A program made the position numbers and the translations under genes. The notes under the pieces are model-generated. The model searched no databases. It saw only the letters and a program-made list of their open reading frames with translations, and was not told the origin of the DNA. A DNA stretch of 64,000 bases from Octopus bimaculoides. Taxonomy: Eukaryota. The DNA is taken from positions 11,291,978 to 11,355,977 of the forward strand of contig NC_068992.1 of the NCBI RefSeq assembly GCF_001194135.2, in the 5' to 3' direction. Below are positions 42,188 through 55,358 of the stretch, piece by piece (position 1 is the stretch's first letter; the number at the start of each line of letters is the position of its first letter).

Positions 42188-42229
42188 GTGTAATATATAT
42201 ATATATATATATATATATGGTATATATTT

Positions 42230-42422
42230 TGTGATGCTGGCATGAGAAAAGCATCCAGTACATTCTGTAGTGTGAGTGGTTGGTATTAGGAAGGGCATCC
42301 AGCTGTAGAATCTGTACCAAAGATGACATTGGAGCCTTGACATAGCTTTGCTGCTTACTGGTTGCCTGTCAAACCATCTAACCCATGCCAGCATGGAAAG
42401 AGGATGTTAAAAAGGATGATTA
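42230..42422 (+). mobile_element. Family B, older copy, inverted relative to 42024-42187
   Basis: GAGTGGTTGGTATTAGGAAGGGCATCCAGCTGTAGAA...CCATCTAACCCATGCCAGCATGGAAAG. Confidence 0.85.
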
Positions 42423-42454
42423 TGATACATATATATATTTTTATAGAAACATTT

Positions 42455-42680
42455 GTGTCTGTTTGTGTCTCTTTGTCTAATCATCCCATGAGAGTTGGTT
42501 ATAACCGAGTGGAGTCACTTGTTTCCAGTCTTCTGAGAAAACATATTTGACCACAAGGAAATGTTGCCTTGGTTAGAAACCAATATGGTTTGGTGACATC
42601 CAAGCATAGAAAATCTGCCTCAATAAAATCAGTCTGACCATACAAGCATGAAAAAGATGAACGTTAAAACAATGATGCAA
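42455..42680 (+). mobile_element. Family D, degenerate copy
   Basis: ...AGAAAATCTGCCTCAATAAAATCAGTCTGACCATACAAGCATGAAAAAGATGAACGTTAAAACAATGATG. Confidence 0.65.
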
Positions 42681-43793
42681 CGATGATAACAACAATGATG
42701 ATGGTGATGGTGTTGCTTACAGTTGAAAACTGCAAGTTTTGAAGAGAAATTAAGATTAACAAGCACCATCAAACTGGCTCTGGAATTGGTATACAGGTAG
42801 TGTAACATTGGGACATCAACTGTCATTTTCTTTAAGTTTTTTTTTCTTTTCCACAACTGAATAATTTTACCTGCAATATATTAAGATTCTATCCAGTGAG
42901 AGATTTATCTTTTCTCCTTTCAAAATAATAGAATAGGGAGATAAGCACCAGTTTTACAAGCTCTTGTGATCATGCAGTCATTTATTTATATCTTCTCCAT
43001 TTTCTTACAAAAAACTCCTGCTAGATGTGGCATTAAGCGCTGGCTTTACGAGCTTATGTGGCTTATATAGACATTCATCATTATTTTTCTTTTCCCCTTG
43101 TTTTAAATTGTATAATTTAACTTGTATATTTATGGAAATTTGACCTTTAGCCTGATAACTTTAACACATTTATACATAAATACCTAACATTGTATGTATT
43201 TAAAAAAGTATAGAAACACTTTTAAGAGATATTTACTAGTTTTCAGAAACTTAAAATATAAGTTGGTGGTCTTATCAGATTGAATATAAATGTATTTAAC
43301 AAAGTAAAACAAAAGAAAAAAAAAAGGATTAATTCTGGACAATGCAAAAAAAGTAAAAGAAAAAAAACTGAACAGAAAATACTTTTGTGAGACAAAAAAA
43401 CTATTTTTCATGGTTTCGAGAATGTGTTCTTCTACAATTACGTGCCTTTCAAATTCCTGCCATGTCTTTCAGTATTTCTATAGTTTATCACTGGAGCAGA
43501 ATGTAGCCAGAGTAATTTCTATCTTATCTAATCCAACTAACATAGGATATCTTCATTCGTTCACCTGGTAATGCGTCCATCAAAAGAAAAAAGAAAACAG
43601 CAGCAAAAAAGAAAAAAAATTTAGAAAAAATGAATTCTATATCAAAGCAATGCAAAAATAAAGGGAAAAAAAAAAGACTTGTTTTCTAAAGCAGATTTTA
43701 TATAAACTCAAAAAATGGTGGAATAATAATACTAATGATAGCGATAACAATATTTAAAATAATAACAATAACAATGATGATGATGATGATGAC

Positions 43794-43840
<47 letters not shown>

Positions 43841-44044
43841 CGATCATAGTAATTTAATCAGTAGTTAAAAAAGAAAACTGTCTTAATTTCATCCATAAGT
43901 GAATCAGCAATTTCTGTGCATTTGGAGGAAATCATATTGAAGCCATAAATATGAATGATTCCATGTTGTCAATAATGTAGAAAACTAAGAATATTGATGT
44001 TAACGATGATGATGACGACGATGATGATTATGATGATAATAATG

Positions 44045-44200
44045 GTGTCTCATTTATGCTCAGGGCCAGCAGTTTTTTTAGAGCAGGGTTACTTGACTAG
44101 TGCTGTATTTTATCGACCCCCAAAGGGAGAAAGGCAAAGTTGACCTCAGCAGTATTTGAACTCAGAGTGTAAAGTGCCAAAGGAAATATTGTATTTTTTT
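44045..44200 (-). mobile_element. SINE family C, degenerate
   Basis: TTTATCGACCCCCAAAGGGAGAAAGGCAAAGTTGACCTCAGCAGTATTTGAACTCAGA. Confidence 0.75.
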
Positions 44201-45700
44201 TTTGTTTTTTGATGCTTTATAATCCAATTTCTTTATTTGCCACAAGGGATACAGATAATATGATATTAGATAGAAAGATGGATTCCAAAAATAGTATGGA
44301 TTTAGATAGAACCAAGTAAGGGAGAATAGATATGGTAAATGACAGTATACATGAGAAATGAAATTGAATTTCACATGGGGACAGTCACTAACAACCCATA
44401 AAGGAACCCCTCAGATCTAAAATTACCCTTGACAACCAAAGACAACTTTTTCTAGTTGTGCTATCCAGCCTACCCTTTCGTTACCATATTTCTAACCAAA
44501 TTACACCCCTTATGTGTTTCAATTAATTTCTAACATAATCATAAATTTAGGCTGGTTTCATTAAACAACTCTAACTTTTTTATTTATCAACATATTAATG
44601 TGATTTTTGGAAGATAAATTAACGAAAGGTTCTCAACCAATTCTATAACAAAATTTTTGTCACAAAGTGACTTTAATTACAGGTAAATACAGGTAAATGA
44701 AACAAAANNNNNNNNNNNNNNNNNNNNNNNNNNNNNNNNNNNNNNNNNNNNNNNNNNNNNNNNNNNNNNNNNNNNNNNNNNNNNNNNNNNNNNNNNNNNN
44801 NNNNNNNNNNNNNNNNNNNNNNNNNNNNNNNNNNNNNNNNNNNNNNNNNNNNNNNNNNNNNNNNNNNNNNNNNNNNNNNNNNNNNNNNNNNNNNNNNNNN
44901 NNNNNNNNNNNNNNNNNNNNNNNNNNNNNNNNNNNNNNNNNNNNNNNNNNNNNNNNNNNNNNNNNNNNNNNNNNNNNNNNNNNNNNNNNNNNNNNNNNNN
45001 NNNNNNNNNNNNNNNNNNNNNNNNNNNNNNNNNNNNNNNNNNNNNNNNNNNNNNNNNNNNNNNNNNNNNNNNNNNNNNNNNNNNNNNNNNNNNNNNNNNN
45101 NNNNNNNNNNNNNNNNNNNNNNNNNNNNNNNNNNNNNNNNNNNNNNNNNNNNNNNNNNNNNNNNNNNNNNNNNNNNNNNNNNNNNNNNNNNNNNNNNNNN
45201 NNNNNNNNNNNNNNNNNNNNNNNNNNNNNNNNNNNNNNNNNNNNNNNNNNNNNNNNNNNNNNNNNNNNNNNNNNNNNNNNNNNNNNNNNNNNNNNNNNNN
45301 NNNNNNNNNNNNNNNNNNNNNNNNNNNNNNNNNNNNNNNNNNNNNNNNNNNNNNNNNNNNNNNNNNNNNNNNNNNNNNNNNNNNNNNNNNNNNNNNNNNN
45401 NNNNNNNNNNNNNNNNNNNNNNNNNNNNNNNNNNNNNNNNNNNNNNNNNNNNNNNNNNNNNNNNNNNNNNNNNNNNNNNNNNNNNNNNNNNNNNNNNNNN
45501 NNNNNNNNNNNNNNNNNNNNNNNNNNNNNNNNNNNNNNNNNNNNNNNNNNNNNNNNNNNNNNNNNNNNNNNNNNNNNNNNNNNNNNNNNNNNNNNNNNNN
45601 NNNNNNNNNNNNNNNNNNNNNNNNNNNNNNNNNNNNNNNNNNNNNNNNNNNNNNNNNNNNNNNNNNNNNNNNNNNNNNNNNNNNNNNNNNNNNNNNNNNN

Positions 45701-45920
45701 NTCCCAAAATTCACAAAATTAAAAAAACATGTTGATCGTCGTACAAAACTATAGCTGAACTGTTTACACAAATAATCACGTGTTTTCACGAATGTACTAA
45801 CGAGATTTGTTCAGATATTCTCATTTAAATATGAATAGGTGATTACGGGCGGTTTTGGGCGGCTTGGTCACATGAACCAAAATTTTTTTCGGGCGGCTTT
45901 GGGCGGTTTGGAGGCCCACT
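45701..45920. mobile_element. Probable young DNA-transposon terminus (superfamily unassigned)
   Basis: CpG-rich, with four GGGCGG subterminal repeats; ends sharply at ...GGAGGCCCACT against a LINE fragment; the rest falls in a ~1-kb gap. Confidence 0.5.
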
Positions 45921-45924
45921 CATT

Positions 45925-46326
45925 CAGTCCACACTTGCTACTTTCATTAACCTTTGAGAAATGTATTTAAGGGCAGCACTGCTTTCCTCTACCCTCATCT
46001 CTCTTCTCAAGTGAAATGTGAAGAAGTTGATGAGGGCTTGGTTAAACAGGCCCACCATAAAACTCTTTCTGTCATAGCCACCAGAGGTGGGAAAACTGCT
46101 TGCACTTCCTAGCCAAAGGATTGCAACGGTGTGATCTTCTCAATAGGTTTTGCTGATAGCCAGATCTGTCATGCATTTAAAATAACTGTTTTACATAACT
46201 CCTCAAGTTAACAATGTTCAGACAAGTGCATGCAGAATGGTTTCATCACCCTGGCCACATCTCATACAGGCCTTGATAACGGCACTCCCAAACCTGTAGA
46301 CTTTATCTCCCAAAAGGTAATGTCCA
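45925..46326 (-). pseudogene. L1/Tx1-clade LINE ORF2 C-terminal fragment (zf-RVT region), decayed
   Basis: Minus strand reads LGDKVYRFGSAVIKACMRCGQGDETILHALV (CxxC...ETxxH zinc-binding motif), later VLWW and ALINFFTFHLRREMRVER, with stops and frameshifts. Confidence 0.8.
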
Positions 46327-47182
46327 GAAAATAATATTATAATAACAATAATATCAAGAACATAATTCATTTAATGATATTTTACTAAGAGAAAAATTAA
46401 AAGCAGTGATTACTTTTTTGTAGTTACAATATCTCTATATTTAATAGGAAGAGCATGCATTAACTAATATCATTAAGAATATGAGCGAAGCAATGTAATT
46501 GAATCCAAATGAAATTTCTAGATTTCTTTTGATGTATGTGCACACATGCACACATGTTCATGTGTGTACTCCTGTAGACTCTTAAATTCTGACGTTACAA
46601 GTGTACAGTACATAATTGGTATACAATGTTATTCAGAGTTAGATAACTGTCATACAATGTTTGTAACAATATTTTCAGTTGGTTGTAGGTTCTTCACTTA
46701 CTCTTGAAAAATTATGAATTTAAATCTCTCCAACCTATCCCTAAGATTATGAAGCCCCTGTATATGTAATAAATTAAATCAATTTAATTTAACATAGTTT
46801 AGTTTAAGTCATAAATTATTTTGCTTTCATTTGCTAAGCTGAAACTATGAAGTTAACATACCTAGTACCTCTTTACTCACAGTTTAAATTTCATCTTGAT
46901 TAGCTTTCCATTTCAATTTAAGCAATGCCATCCAATTGAATAAAAATGCTTTTACCAAAGAAATATATGGATTGTGCCCAGAGCAGTGTTAAGAAAAGAC
47001 TTTTAGTAAGACAAAAACTGCTTTTCATGTAGATGAGAAATTATTCTTCCCCATTTAGATGCCTTTAACATGTGTAATGAATATATACACCTGTAATATA
47101 TTGGTGCTGATCCAGTAAACCAAGCCATCCACCTTTGCAAAATTGGTCTTATGCATACACACACACATGCACAAGCACACAC

Positions 47183-47221
<39 letters not shown>

Positions 47222-48994
47222 CCCACACATGCACATATTCAAGATGAATTCAATGTATAGATTTTGCTTAAAATTTGAAAAAGTATTTTCCAAAATACAT
47301 AGATATAATTCCTGATTGCAATGTAGTTTCTCAAATAGATAATTTTCCAAACTGTGTTTAATTACATGGTTGATTTTCATTGATACAAAAGTTCTTTGAA
47401 ATGACAAATGATATAGTGAACGATAATTTCTTATAAAATCAGGATAATGGTTTTCTCTATAATTATGCATTGCATAGCTTAAAGATTGTTCACTCTCACA
47501 ATATTAGTTAAAGTTACTAACCAAAGTCTATGATTACAAGCTTAACACATGTAGTTTTCACAGCACTGTCACAAAAGAACTAAATTTGCAAGATGGTAGT
47601 CTAATTGCAAGAAGTATAATTACTTTAATTAAAGTTCTTTGATATCAGCTGAAATTCTTAAAGTTCCTACCGAGAAGTTTAAATACTTAAATTTCCAATT
47701 TCTAAATTTTTGGTTCTTTGTTTACAAACTAAATTATTCAAAAGCAGATATTCAAAAGATCCCATGCCAACCATTCTTTTAGTCTTCTCTTCGTCTTTAA
47801 CAGCATGAGAGACTTTTAATTTACATCATTATAAATATACAAACACACATACACATAAATATATATATATATGTGTGTGTATGTGTGTCTGTACATATAT
47901 TTTTTATCAACCTAAGTGTAAAAGACATGTTAAATATAAACAGGTTTCCTTAAAAAGTTGTTCAATTCCAAACCAAAATAAAAATGACAGAATTTGAAAT
48001 TTTTGTTTCCTCTCAAAAAGAACTTTTTGCTTTACATGTTCATTTTCTTCTTTTCCTTTTTCTTTTTTTCAAGCATTTAGGCTTTAGATCTGATGGGGAA
48101 AGTTTTAAATACTTTCATTGAAATGGGTGTATTAGTGTAAGAGAAGAATGAAATAAAGCACATTAATGGCAAAATTAAGTCAAACTGTAGCTTAAAAGAA
48201 TTACAAAAATTTCTAAAGAGAAAATTATTGATTTTAGATTAGAGTCTACTCTTAGATTCCTACCATAATTCTAAAGAAAGAAATCAGGAATAAAAAAAAA
48301 AAAAAGAGTAGCTATTAAAAACCTATAAATTGTTAAATTATTACTAGTTTTATTTTATTTTTAATATAATTATTCATAAATCCAATTCAAAAATTTTTGT
48401 CAGAATTTTCACACTTGACTGACAATTAAAAAAAATTCTTCCTAGCTGTAGAGTTTTAGGCTGGAAGAATGCTTCAAAAGCAACAACGTTGGCACCGACA
48501 CATTCTCACCATCAGGATTTGCCTTCTAGAATCAATGGAAAAGCTATTAGTTAACTATGATGGTGTAAGATTTGAAAATAATATAAGACAGCCTGCTTTT
48601 ACTTTTTTTCTCCTTTTTCTCTCTCTTTAAATTCATATTAATACATGTTATTACTGAACAGCTCTTGACAAGATCTTCCAATAGATTACATCTTCCGCTA
48701 GGTTTTTACTAGTGTTAATGTTAACATATTCCACTCAATAACATTTTGTAGATATTATACAATATTCAAATTTCTAATGTTTTAATGAAGGACTTACCTA
48801 GAAGTGTGTTATTTCCTGTTATCTATCAGAAACCTGGTTTGATTTCTGAATTATTTCACTGTATCTCGTGTATCTCTATTGAATGAGCTTGAGAAAGCAG
48901 TACTGAAGACTTCTGGTTTCCCTAACAGTGTCTAGAGCAAGTTATCTTGGTAAAGCATTGGTGTAGAAGGGTTTCAATCTTAGAATATGCCTAA

Positions 48995-49695
48995 CAAATA
49001 ATTCCTTCTACAAGGCCTAGCAGAGGGCAAGTTGATTGTATTGACCCCAGTTATTGACTAGTTCTTATTTCATTGACCCCATAAGGATGAAAGGCAAAGT
49101 CAACCTCTATGAAATTTGAACTCAGAACATAGAAGGACAAAGTACCACTAAGTATTTTGTCTGGGGTGCTAACATATCTACCATTTTGCCACTGATGTGC
49201 TTCCTGTCACCAGTCCTTACCTGTTTCATTGGAAGACCTCGCTTGAAATATTGCAGCATAAAAGAAAATACTTGTTTCAAACTTTGTCCCAAGCCAGTAA
49301 TTTCAGAGGAAGTGTGGTAAATCAATTCCATCGACCCCAGTGCACAACTGGTACTTATTTTCTCAATCTCTGAAGGATGAAAGGCAATGCCAGCCCCAGA
49401 ATTATTTGAACACGGAGCATAAAGTTGGAAGAACAACCACTAACCAAATGATGCAGTGTAGTAATGACCCTGCTTGGTCACTGCCTCAAGCATAAAAGGA
49501 AATAGCGGTTTCAAATTTTGGCACAAGGCCAGCAATTTCAAGGGAGGTGGGGTAAGTCGATTACATTGACCCCCAGTGTTCATCTGGTGCTTATTTTATC
49601 GGCCCCAAAATGGTGAAAGGCAAAGCTGACCTCGACGGAATTTTAAGTCAGAAAATGAAGACGGATGAAATGTCGCTAAGCATTTTGCCTGGCAA
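48995..49695 (-). mobile_element. Three consecutive SINE family C copies (about 48995-49190, 49270-49490, 49505-49695)
   Basis: Each has the GACCCC...GGATGAAAGGCAA...GAATTT core; tails differ. Confidence 0.8.
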
Positions 49696-49864
49696 TGTTT
49701 ATAAGCCTGCCAGTTGGTCAGATTTATACCTTGAGGCTTAAGTGAAGTTGAATCAAGGTATTTAAATGAATTAGCAAATGTTATCCACTAAGAACATGAC
49801 AAACAGTCTTTTGTGACATGATAGAATGAGAAAATATTGATTCTATGGGTGTTTATGATATGGG

Positions 49865-49985
49865 TGCATCATAAAATCATAAGTTCAATTCCTGGATCAA
49901 AGCACATGTTGTGCCCTTGAGTAAGTCTCTTCATTTCATGTTGTTAATCATCTACTCAGCTGAAAATGTGTACCAGCCGAGTACT
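49865..49985 (+). mobile_element. SINE family F head
   Basis: AAGTTCAATTCCTGG B-box-like, then TTGTGCCCTTGAGTAAGTCTCTTCATTTCATGTTG...ACTCAGCTGAAAATG. Confidence 0.55.
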
Positions 49986-50749
49986 GGTCTCTCTCTCTCT
50001 CTTTTGGTGCCTCACTTTCTTTCTCTCTCTTGCTATCCCCCCCCCCCCCCNNNNNNNNNNNNNNNNNNNNNNNNNNNNNNNNNNACATTCTATGACATCT
50101 TGGATGTACCACTGGGTCAAAGGATGTGAGAGGCAAGAAGGTGTATATGTCTATTTGTGACAACGTAAGCACATGAAACATTCTGCAGAAGCTTGGTATT
50201 TGGTTCCAATCTACATTCATTCGTTGGCTCTTTATATTGATAATGAAAGGGACACCGAGGAAGACAGAGAGGAAGTAGTGAGTTATTTAACTGTGAAAAT
50301 ATTAAGCTTCATAGAGAAATCAATGCAGGATTGTGGATAATGGTAATATACCATAGTACAAAGGTGTTCAACTCAAGCAGAGCACAGACAATTAGACATT
50401 AAAAAACTGATAATGATACATATGTTTGTTTTACAAGATACATTATTTTCTACAAGACTGGTTATGAAATATATCATTAACCAGTTCATTTATGAAATGA
50501 ATCACTAATTATAAAAAACAGCATTGAAGCTATTAAATAATTTATTCAAAGCTCTGTCTGGTTCATTTATTTGGTGACTCAATGTTAGGTGAATATCTTC
50601 AAAATATATACAATTTCAAAAAAATTGGATGACTTTCGCTATACTGTAAGCACATAGAGTATAGTTAATTGTTAATAGTAAATCAGTCCTTAATTTAATG
50701 ACTATGATTTAATCACTCTGTAGATGTGTTATGTGAGATAATATATTTT

Positions 50750-50880
50750 TGTTTATTCGTTTATTTAACATGATTTTCTCTGCTAGCATGGGTTTGGATG
50801 GAATGCTGTTTGAGGGAAGATTTTCACAATCAGATGTTCTTTCTGTCACCAACCCTTACTTCTTTTCAGGTAAGGGATTG
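50750..50880 (-). mobile_element. Family D fragment
   Basis: TTTAACATGATTTTCTCTGCTAGCATGGG...TGTCACCAACCCTTAC. Confidence 0.6.
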
Positions 50881-51139
50881 TTTAATTTCATAGGTCTTTG
50901 AAAGCACAAAGCAACCAGTCACAATGTCAATTAGGAATGACATCATCATCAGTACATCATCAGTACATGTCTACGTATGCACACAGACATCTCTTTCTAT
51001 CCCAAATTATTATATCAGGTCTGTTATGCTTACATTTTATTGAGGTCTTCACTGGTACATTCCACCAGTATTCCTTTTTATTATGAGTGACCTTGGCTTC
51101 TACTATATTGTGGTTTCTTATGTATGTATCCATGTGGTG

Positions 51140-51300
51140 AGCATTTGCAGTTTCCGTCTACCTAATTCCTTTGCAAGACATTGGTTGGCTTGAGGCTGAT
51201 GAAAAAGAAACTTACCTACGGGGTTTAACAGTGGGACTGAGCCCAAAACCATACCATTAGGGAGCAACCTTCCTAACAGCACAGCCATGTCTGTGCCCTT
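51140..51300 (-). mobile_element. SINE family A 5' half
   Basis: CAGTTTCCGTCTACC...CAGTGGGACTGAGCCC...CACAGCCATG. Confidence 0.7.
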
Positions 51301-51635
51301 GTGCATCTGCATAACGTGGATATTCTGTAAAAGGGCCTAAAATGCTTCTTCTACAAGAAGTCTTATATCTTGAGAACTTTATATTTAAGTGTGTCTGCAT
51401 ATGTGTATATGTGTGTGTGTGAGTGTGTGTCTGCATATATCTGTGTGTATGTGTATGTGTGTGTGTGTGTGCAAGGTATATGTGTGGGTGTGTAAGCATG
51501 TCGCCATACAAATATAAATATATATATATATATATATGTATGTGTAGTGTATATATANNNNNNNNNNNNNNNNNNNNNNNNNNNNNNNNNNNNNNNNNNN
51601 NNNNNNNNNNNNNNNNNNNNNNNNNNNNNNNNNNN

Positions 51636-51678
<43 letters not shown>

Positions 51679-52611
51679 CACACATGAATAAATTTTCAGA
51701 AAGAAATAATTTTCTAAATGTAAATCTATAATGCATTCAAGCATAAAATAAAAGAGTATGAGACTTTGGTTATGGTACAATAATGATTGATCTAAATAAG
51801 AATCAAAATCATGGTTTTATGGTGGCTGATCAGATTTTCTAGACTTCCTATTCACCGACGCTAAATATGTTTACATCTAGTCAATTTGCAGTATACATAT
51901 GTTTGCCTTCTACAATACATGTCTTCTTTGTCTTCTTTGTCTTCTTCAGTTGAATTGCATCAGATACAAATCATGAAAACAGCACATATCCTGTTAATTG
52001 TAGAATGCCATTGTTGCATCATTATGTTTCCAATGCAAATAAAATATTGGCTGGATGGGAATTTGGTCTTCCACAGGAATATTTTCGTCAATAGGATTCA
52101 CATCCTTGTTAAGGTTTAAAGTACAATTAACGTTAACATAATTCTTTCAGAATTCTTCATTGTAGTTTATTGCATGAAGTCACCTGGGTGACACTAGTGT
52201 TAGTTGATTAGCTGCAACCTGGTTCTTGATTGGTGCTGTACTCTACAGACCCTGGACAGAAGTCAAGCAGATTACATATACACATATGCATGTATGTATT
52301 TCTCTATATAACCTATTCTGATTCTCTATTTCAACCTTTCTTGCCCCCCCCCCCCTCTCTCTCTCTCTCNNNNNNNNNNNNNNNNNNNNNNNNNNNNNNN
52401 NNNNNNNNNNNNNNNNNNNNNNNNNNNNNNNNNNNNNNNNNNNNNNNNNATATATATATATATATATATATATATAATAAAGTAAAGTTGTGGAATACCC
52501 TACGAGTGGAAATATATATGAAAGAAGGTTTGAAAATGCACTTATTATAAATATATTTATTTACTTAACCGGTTTCACTTTTTTAGAAAAAGATTATCAA
52601 AAGTGTTTGAG

Positions 52612-52895
52612 AATAATAGAAAATGTTAAAAAACAGTTTGAGTATTAAAATGCATATATACATTCTTTGATGATAATAAGAGGAATATATTTAAAGTATA
52701 AAGCTTTGTATGAGCTTTGTAGTGTTACATACTGATTATCACACATTCTCTGATAATAAGATGAAAATGTTAAAAACAGTGTAAGTATGAAAATACATAT
52801 ATGGAAAAATACATATACATATTCTTTGATAATAATAGAAAATGTTAGAAACAGTTTAAGTATCAAAATACATATACACATTCTTTGATAATAAT
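52612..52895. repeat. Degenerate AT-rich tandem repeat, 3 copies of about 60 bp
   Basis: AATAGAAAATGTTA(A/G)AAACAGTTT(G/A)AGTAT...AAAAT(G/A)CATATA...CATTCTTTGAT(G/A)ATAATAA recurs three times. Confidence 0.8.
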
Positions 52896-53059
52896 AATAA
52901 GAAGAATATGTTTGAAAGAGTTTACAACGTTGTTATAACAAAAAGGATTTGGTAAAATATGTATATATATATACCCAGGAAATATATTTAAGAGTTCGCA
53001 AAAAGTTGAGGAGGAACTGACCTAGCTTGCTGGCTTAAGAGACAATATGACTGGCTAGA

Positions 53060-53400
53060 CATTCATACACACACGCACATGTGTATGTGGTGGTTGTCTA
53101 CTCCTTATGCAGAGTCTGACCAGCTCTTGTACCTACACCTTAGATCAATCGTGGCATCTGGTGTGGCTCTTTAAACCAGACAATGTTTTGAAAAGACACC
53201 CGTTTGGATTGCATATCTGATTTGTACCACCAAGAGCTGCAGTCAAGTTCTGATCTTTGTGGATCTTAAAATGTCTTTCGAGGTCTCCGTTAGATTTGGA
53301 GACCTTATACTTATGTAGGAAGTTGTTTGTTTGGCTGGTCATAGACTGACCATTGGTTTCATGCCTGTGAAACACTTAGCTGTATTGATGAGTCAAATGG
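53060..53400 (-). pseudogene. RTE-like LINE ORF2 C-terminal fragment
   Basis: ORF 53145-53375 ends ICNPNGCLFKTLSGLKSHTRCHD, matching the terminal C2H2-like CxxC...F.S..GLxSHxRxH finger of RTE-clade ORF2. Confidence 0.6.
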
Positions 53401-53698
53401 CCAGAGTTACATAACCTCTCCACAAGTGAAGGGAGGAAATGTCTTGTCAATTAATTTCGTAACTAGAAGAAAAAATTGTTTGATTTGGCTGTTATTTAAT
53501 GATGTATTATAGTATATGTTGTTCTGACCAAATGTATTAAAAGCCTTTTTATTTTCATTTGTCCACACACTAGTGTGTGTGTGCATGCGTGTGTGAGTGT
53601 GTGTATATGTGTGTGTGTGCATGCACATGTGTATGTTTGTGTGCATGTAAATGTATATATGTGCATACATGCGTGTGCGTATTTGTGTGTGCATGTGT

Positions 53699-53889
53699 CT
53701 GGCTTCCGTGCCGGTGGCACGTAAATAGCCCCATTTGTGCATGATCATTACCAATGTCGCTTTCCTGGCACTTGTGCTAGTGGCACATGAAAAGACATTC
53801 GACCGAGATCGCTGCCAGTGCCGCTGGACTGGCTCCTATGCAGGTGGCACGTAAAATACCCCATTTCGAGCGTGGCTGTTGCCAGTACT
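53699..53889 (+). mobile_element. Family B 5' tandem array without the core
   Basis: Three GGTGGCAC(G/A)T(A/G)AAA units plus GCCAGT-N8-ACTGGC; closely matches 20981-21130. Confidence 0.8.
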
Positions 53890-54140
53890 TGTTTGCATGT
53901 GTATGTATCTACACACACCGAAGCATCATAGACACATACAGAGATAGAAAGGAGATTGGCAAAACAAATACCTTTGCATACGTTCAAGTATGCAAGTAGT
54001 TATCCAAGCTTGTTTGCAGTTATACATGTATACACTGACAAACCCACATACAACAAAACCAGCAACTGACCAGTAATACGGGTGGGTCAGAGAGAGGATT
54101 CTCACTTTCTTTCACTCTCCATCTCCTCTCTCTCTCTCTC

Positions 54141-54376
54141 ATTCTCATTTCTTTATTGCCCACAAGGGGCTAAACATAGAGGGAACAAACAAGGGCAGAC
54201 GAACGGATTGAGTCGATTACATCGACCCCAGTGCGTAACTGGTACTTAATTTATCGACCCCGAAAGGATGAAAGGCAAAGTCGACCTCGGCGGAATTTGA
54301 ACTCAGAACGTAACGGCAGACGAAATACCGCTAAGCATTTCGCCCGACGTCCTAACGATTCTGCTATCTCGCCGCC
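54141..54376 (-). mobile_element. SINE family C, youngest full-length copy (tRNA head plus a Meta-like core)
   Basis: Minus strand GGCGGCGAGATAGCAGAATCGTTAG (A box) and GAGTTCAAATTCC (B box), then GAGGTCGACTTTGCCTTTCATCCTTTCGGGGTCGATAAATTAAGTACCAG, which resembles the MetaSINE domain (recalled, not searched). CpG-rich. Confidence 0.9.
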
Positions 54377-55316
54377 TTCTCTCTCATTCTCTCTCTTTAT
54401 ATATATGTGTACATATATGTGTGTGTGTGTGTGTTATTTATTTAAAGGCCACAATACATGAGTGAGAGAGAGAGAGAGAGAAATATACAGACAAACATTA
54501 TATATAATTATCAAAAAAATTGAACTTGAACATATTCATGAAATATATTTATACAAATATGTGAGTATATATTTGTGCACAAATATTTATGCTAAGGTTT
54601 TGTTAAAACTGATGAAGAATGTCTACATCCCCCACCCACACACATATACACTCGCGCACACACACACATTCAAATATATGCATTCACACATCATATGCAA
54701 ACACACATACGTGCTTAAAAAAAAACAAAAAAAAAAAAACAAACAGAAAGCATAAATAATAAGACAATACATCTTATCAGTACTTCACTCTGTGAACTGT
54801 TGATCTGAATTATTGCCTTCAGTGGAGAGTTGTTTTAAAGTAAAGCAAGCAGTGACGAAGGGGCCAGAAAAAAAAATGTGGCTGCATATATATGCGAGTA
54901 AGGAATAGATATATCTAAAAAAAACAAAAAAAAACAAATGAAACAAAACAAAAAGAAAAAAAGAACCCAAAAGGACAAACGGTAACATTAACGAAGAATT
55001 CAATGTGTAACAGAATGTGTGGTGTTGGCACGGGTATGTTGGAAACAAAAACAAACAGTTGAAAACCCATTGTTTTGTTGGAATTCGATAATATTGGTTC
55101 AACAGATCCATAGAGATATAAACCAAAATAGCAGTTGATCTAAGGAAATTAGCTTTACTAGATACTAATTAAATAAGCATAAACATAAGTTAAGATTGGT
55201 GGATCTGTTAAGATCAATGTGATGGCTTAGTATTGTTGTGAGCACATGTCTGTGTGTGTATAAAGCATCAAGTGTACACACACACACATATACATACATA
55301 TGAGTATGTTTGTGTA

Positions 55317-55358
<42 letters not shown>

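Noticed and set aside
54975-55033. NSMCNRMCGVGT plus a GTATGT donor, resembling a TSP1 repeat
   Set aside because: No WxxW motif, and the upstream sequence is A-rich with no acceptor.
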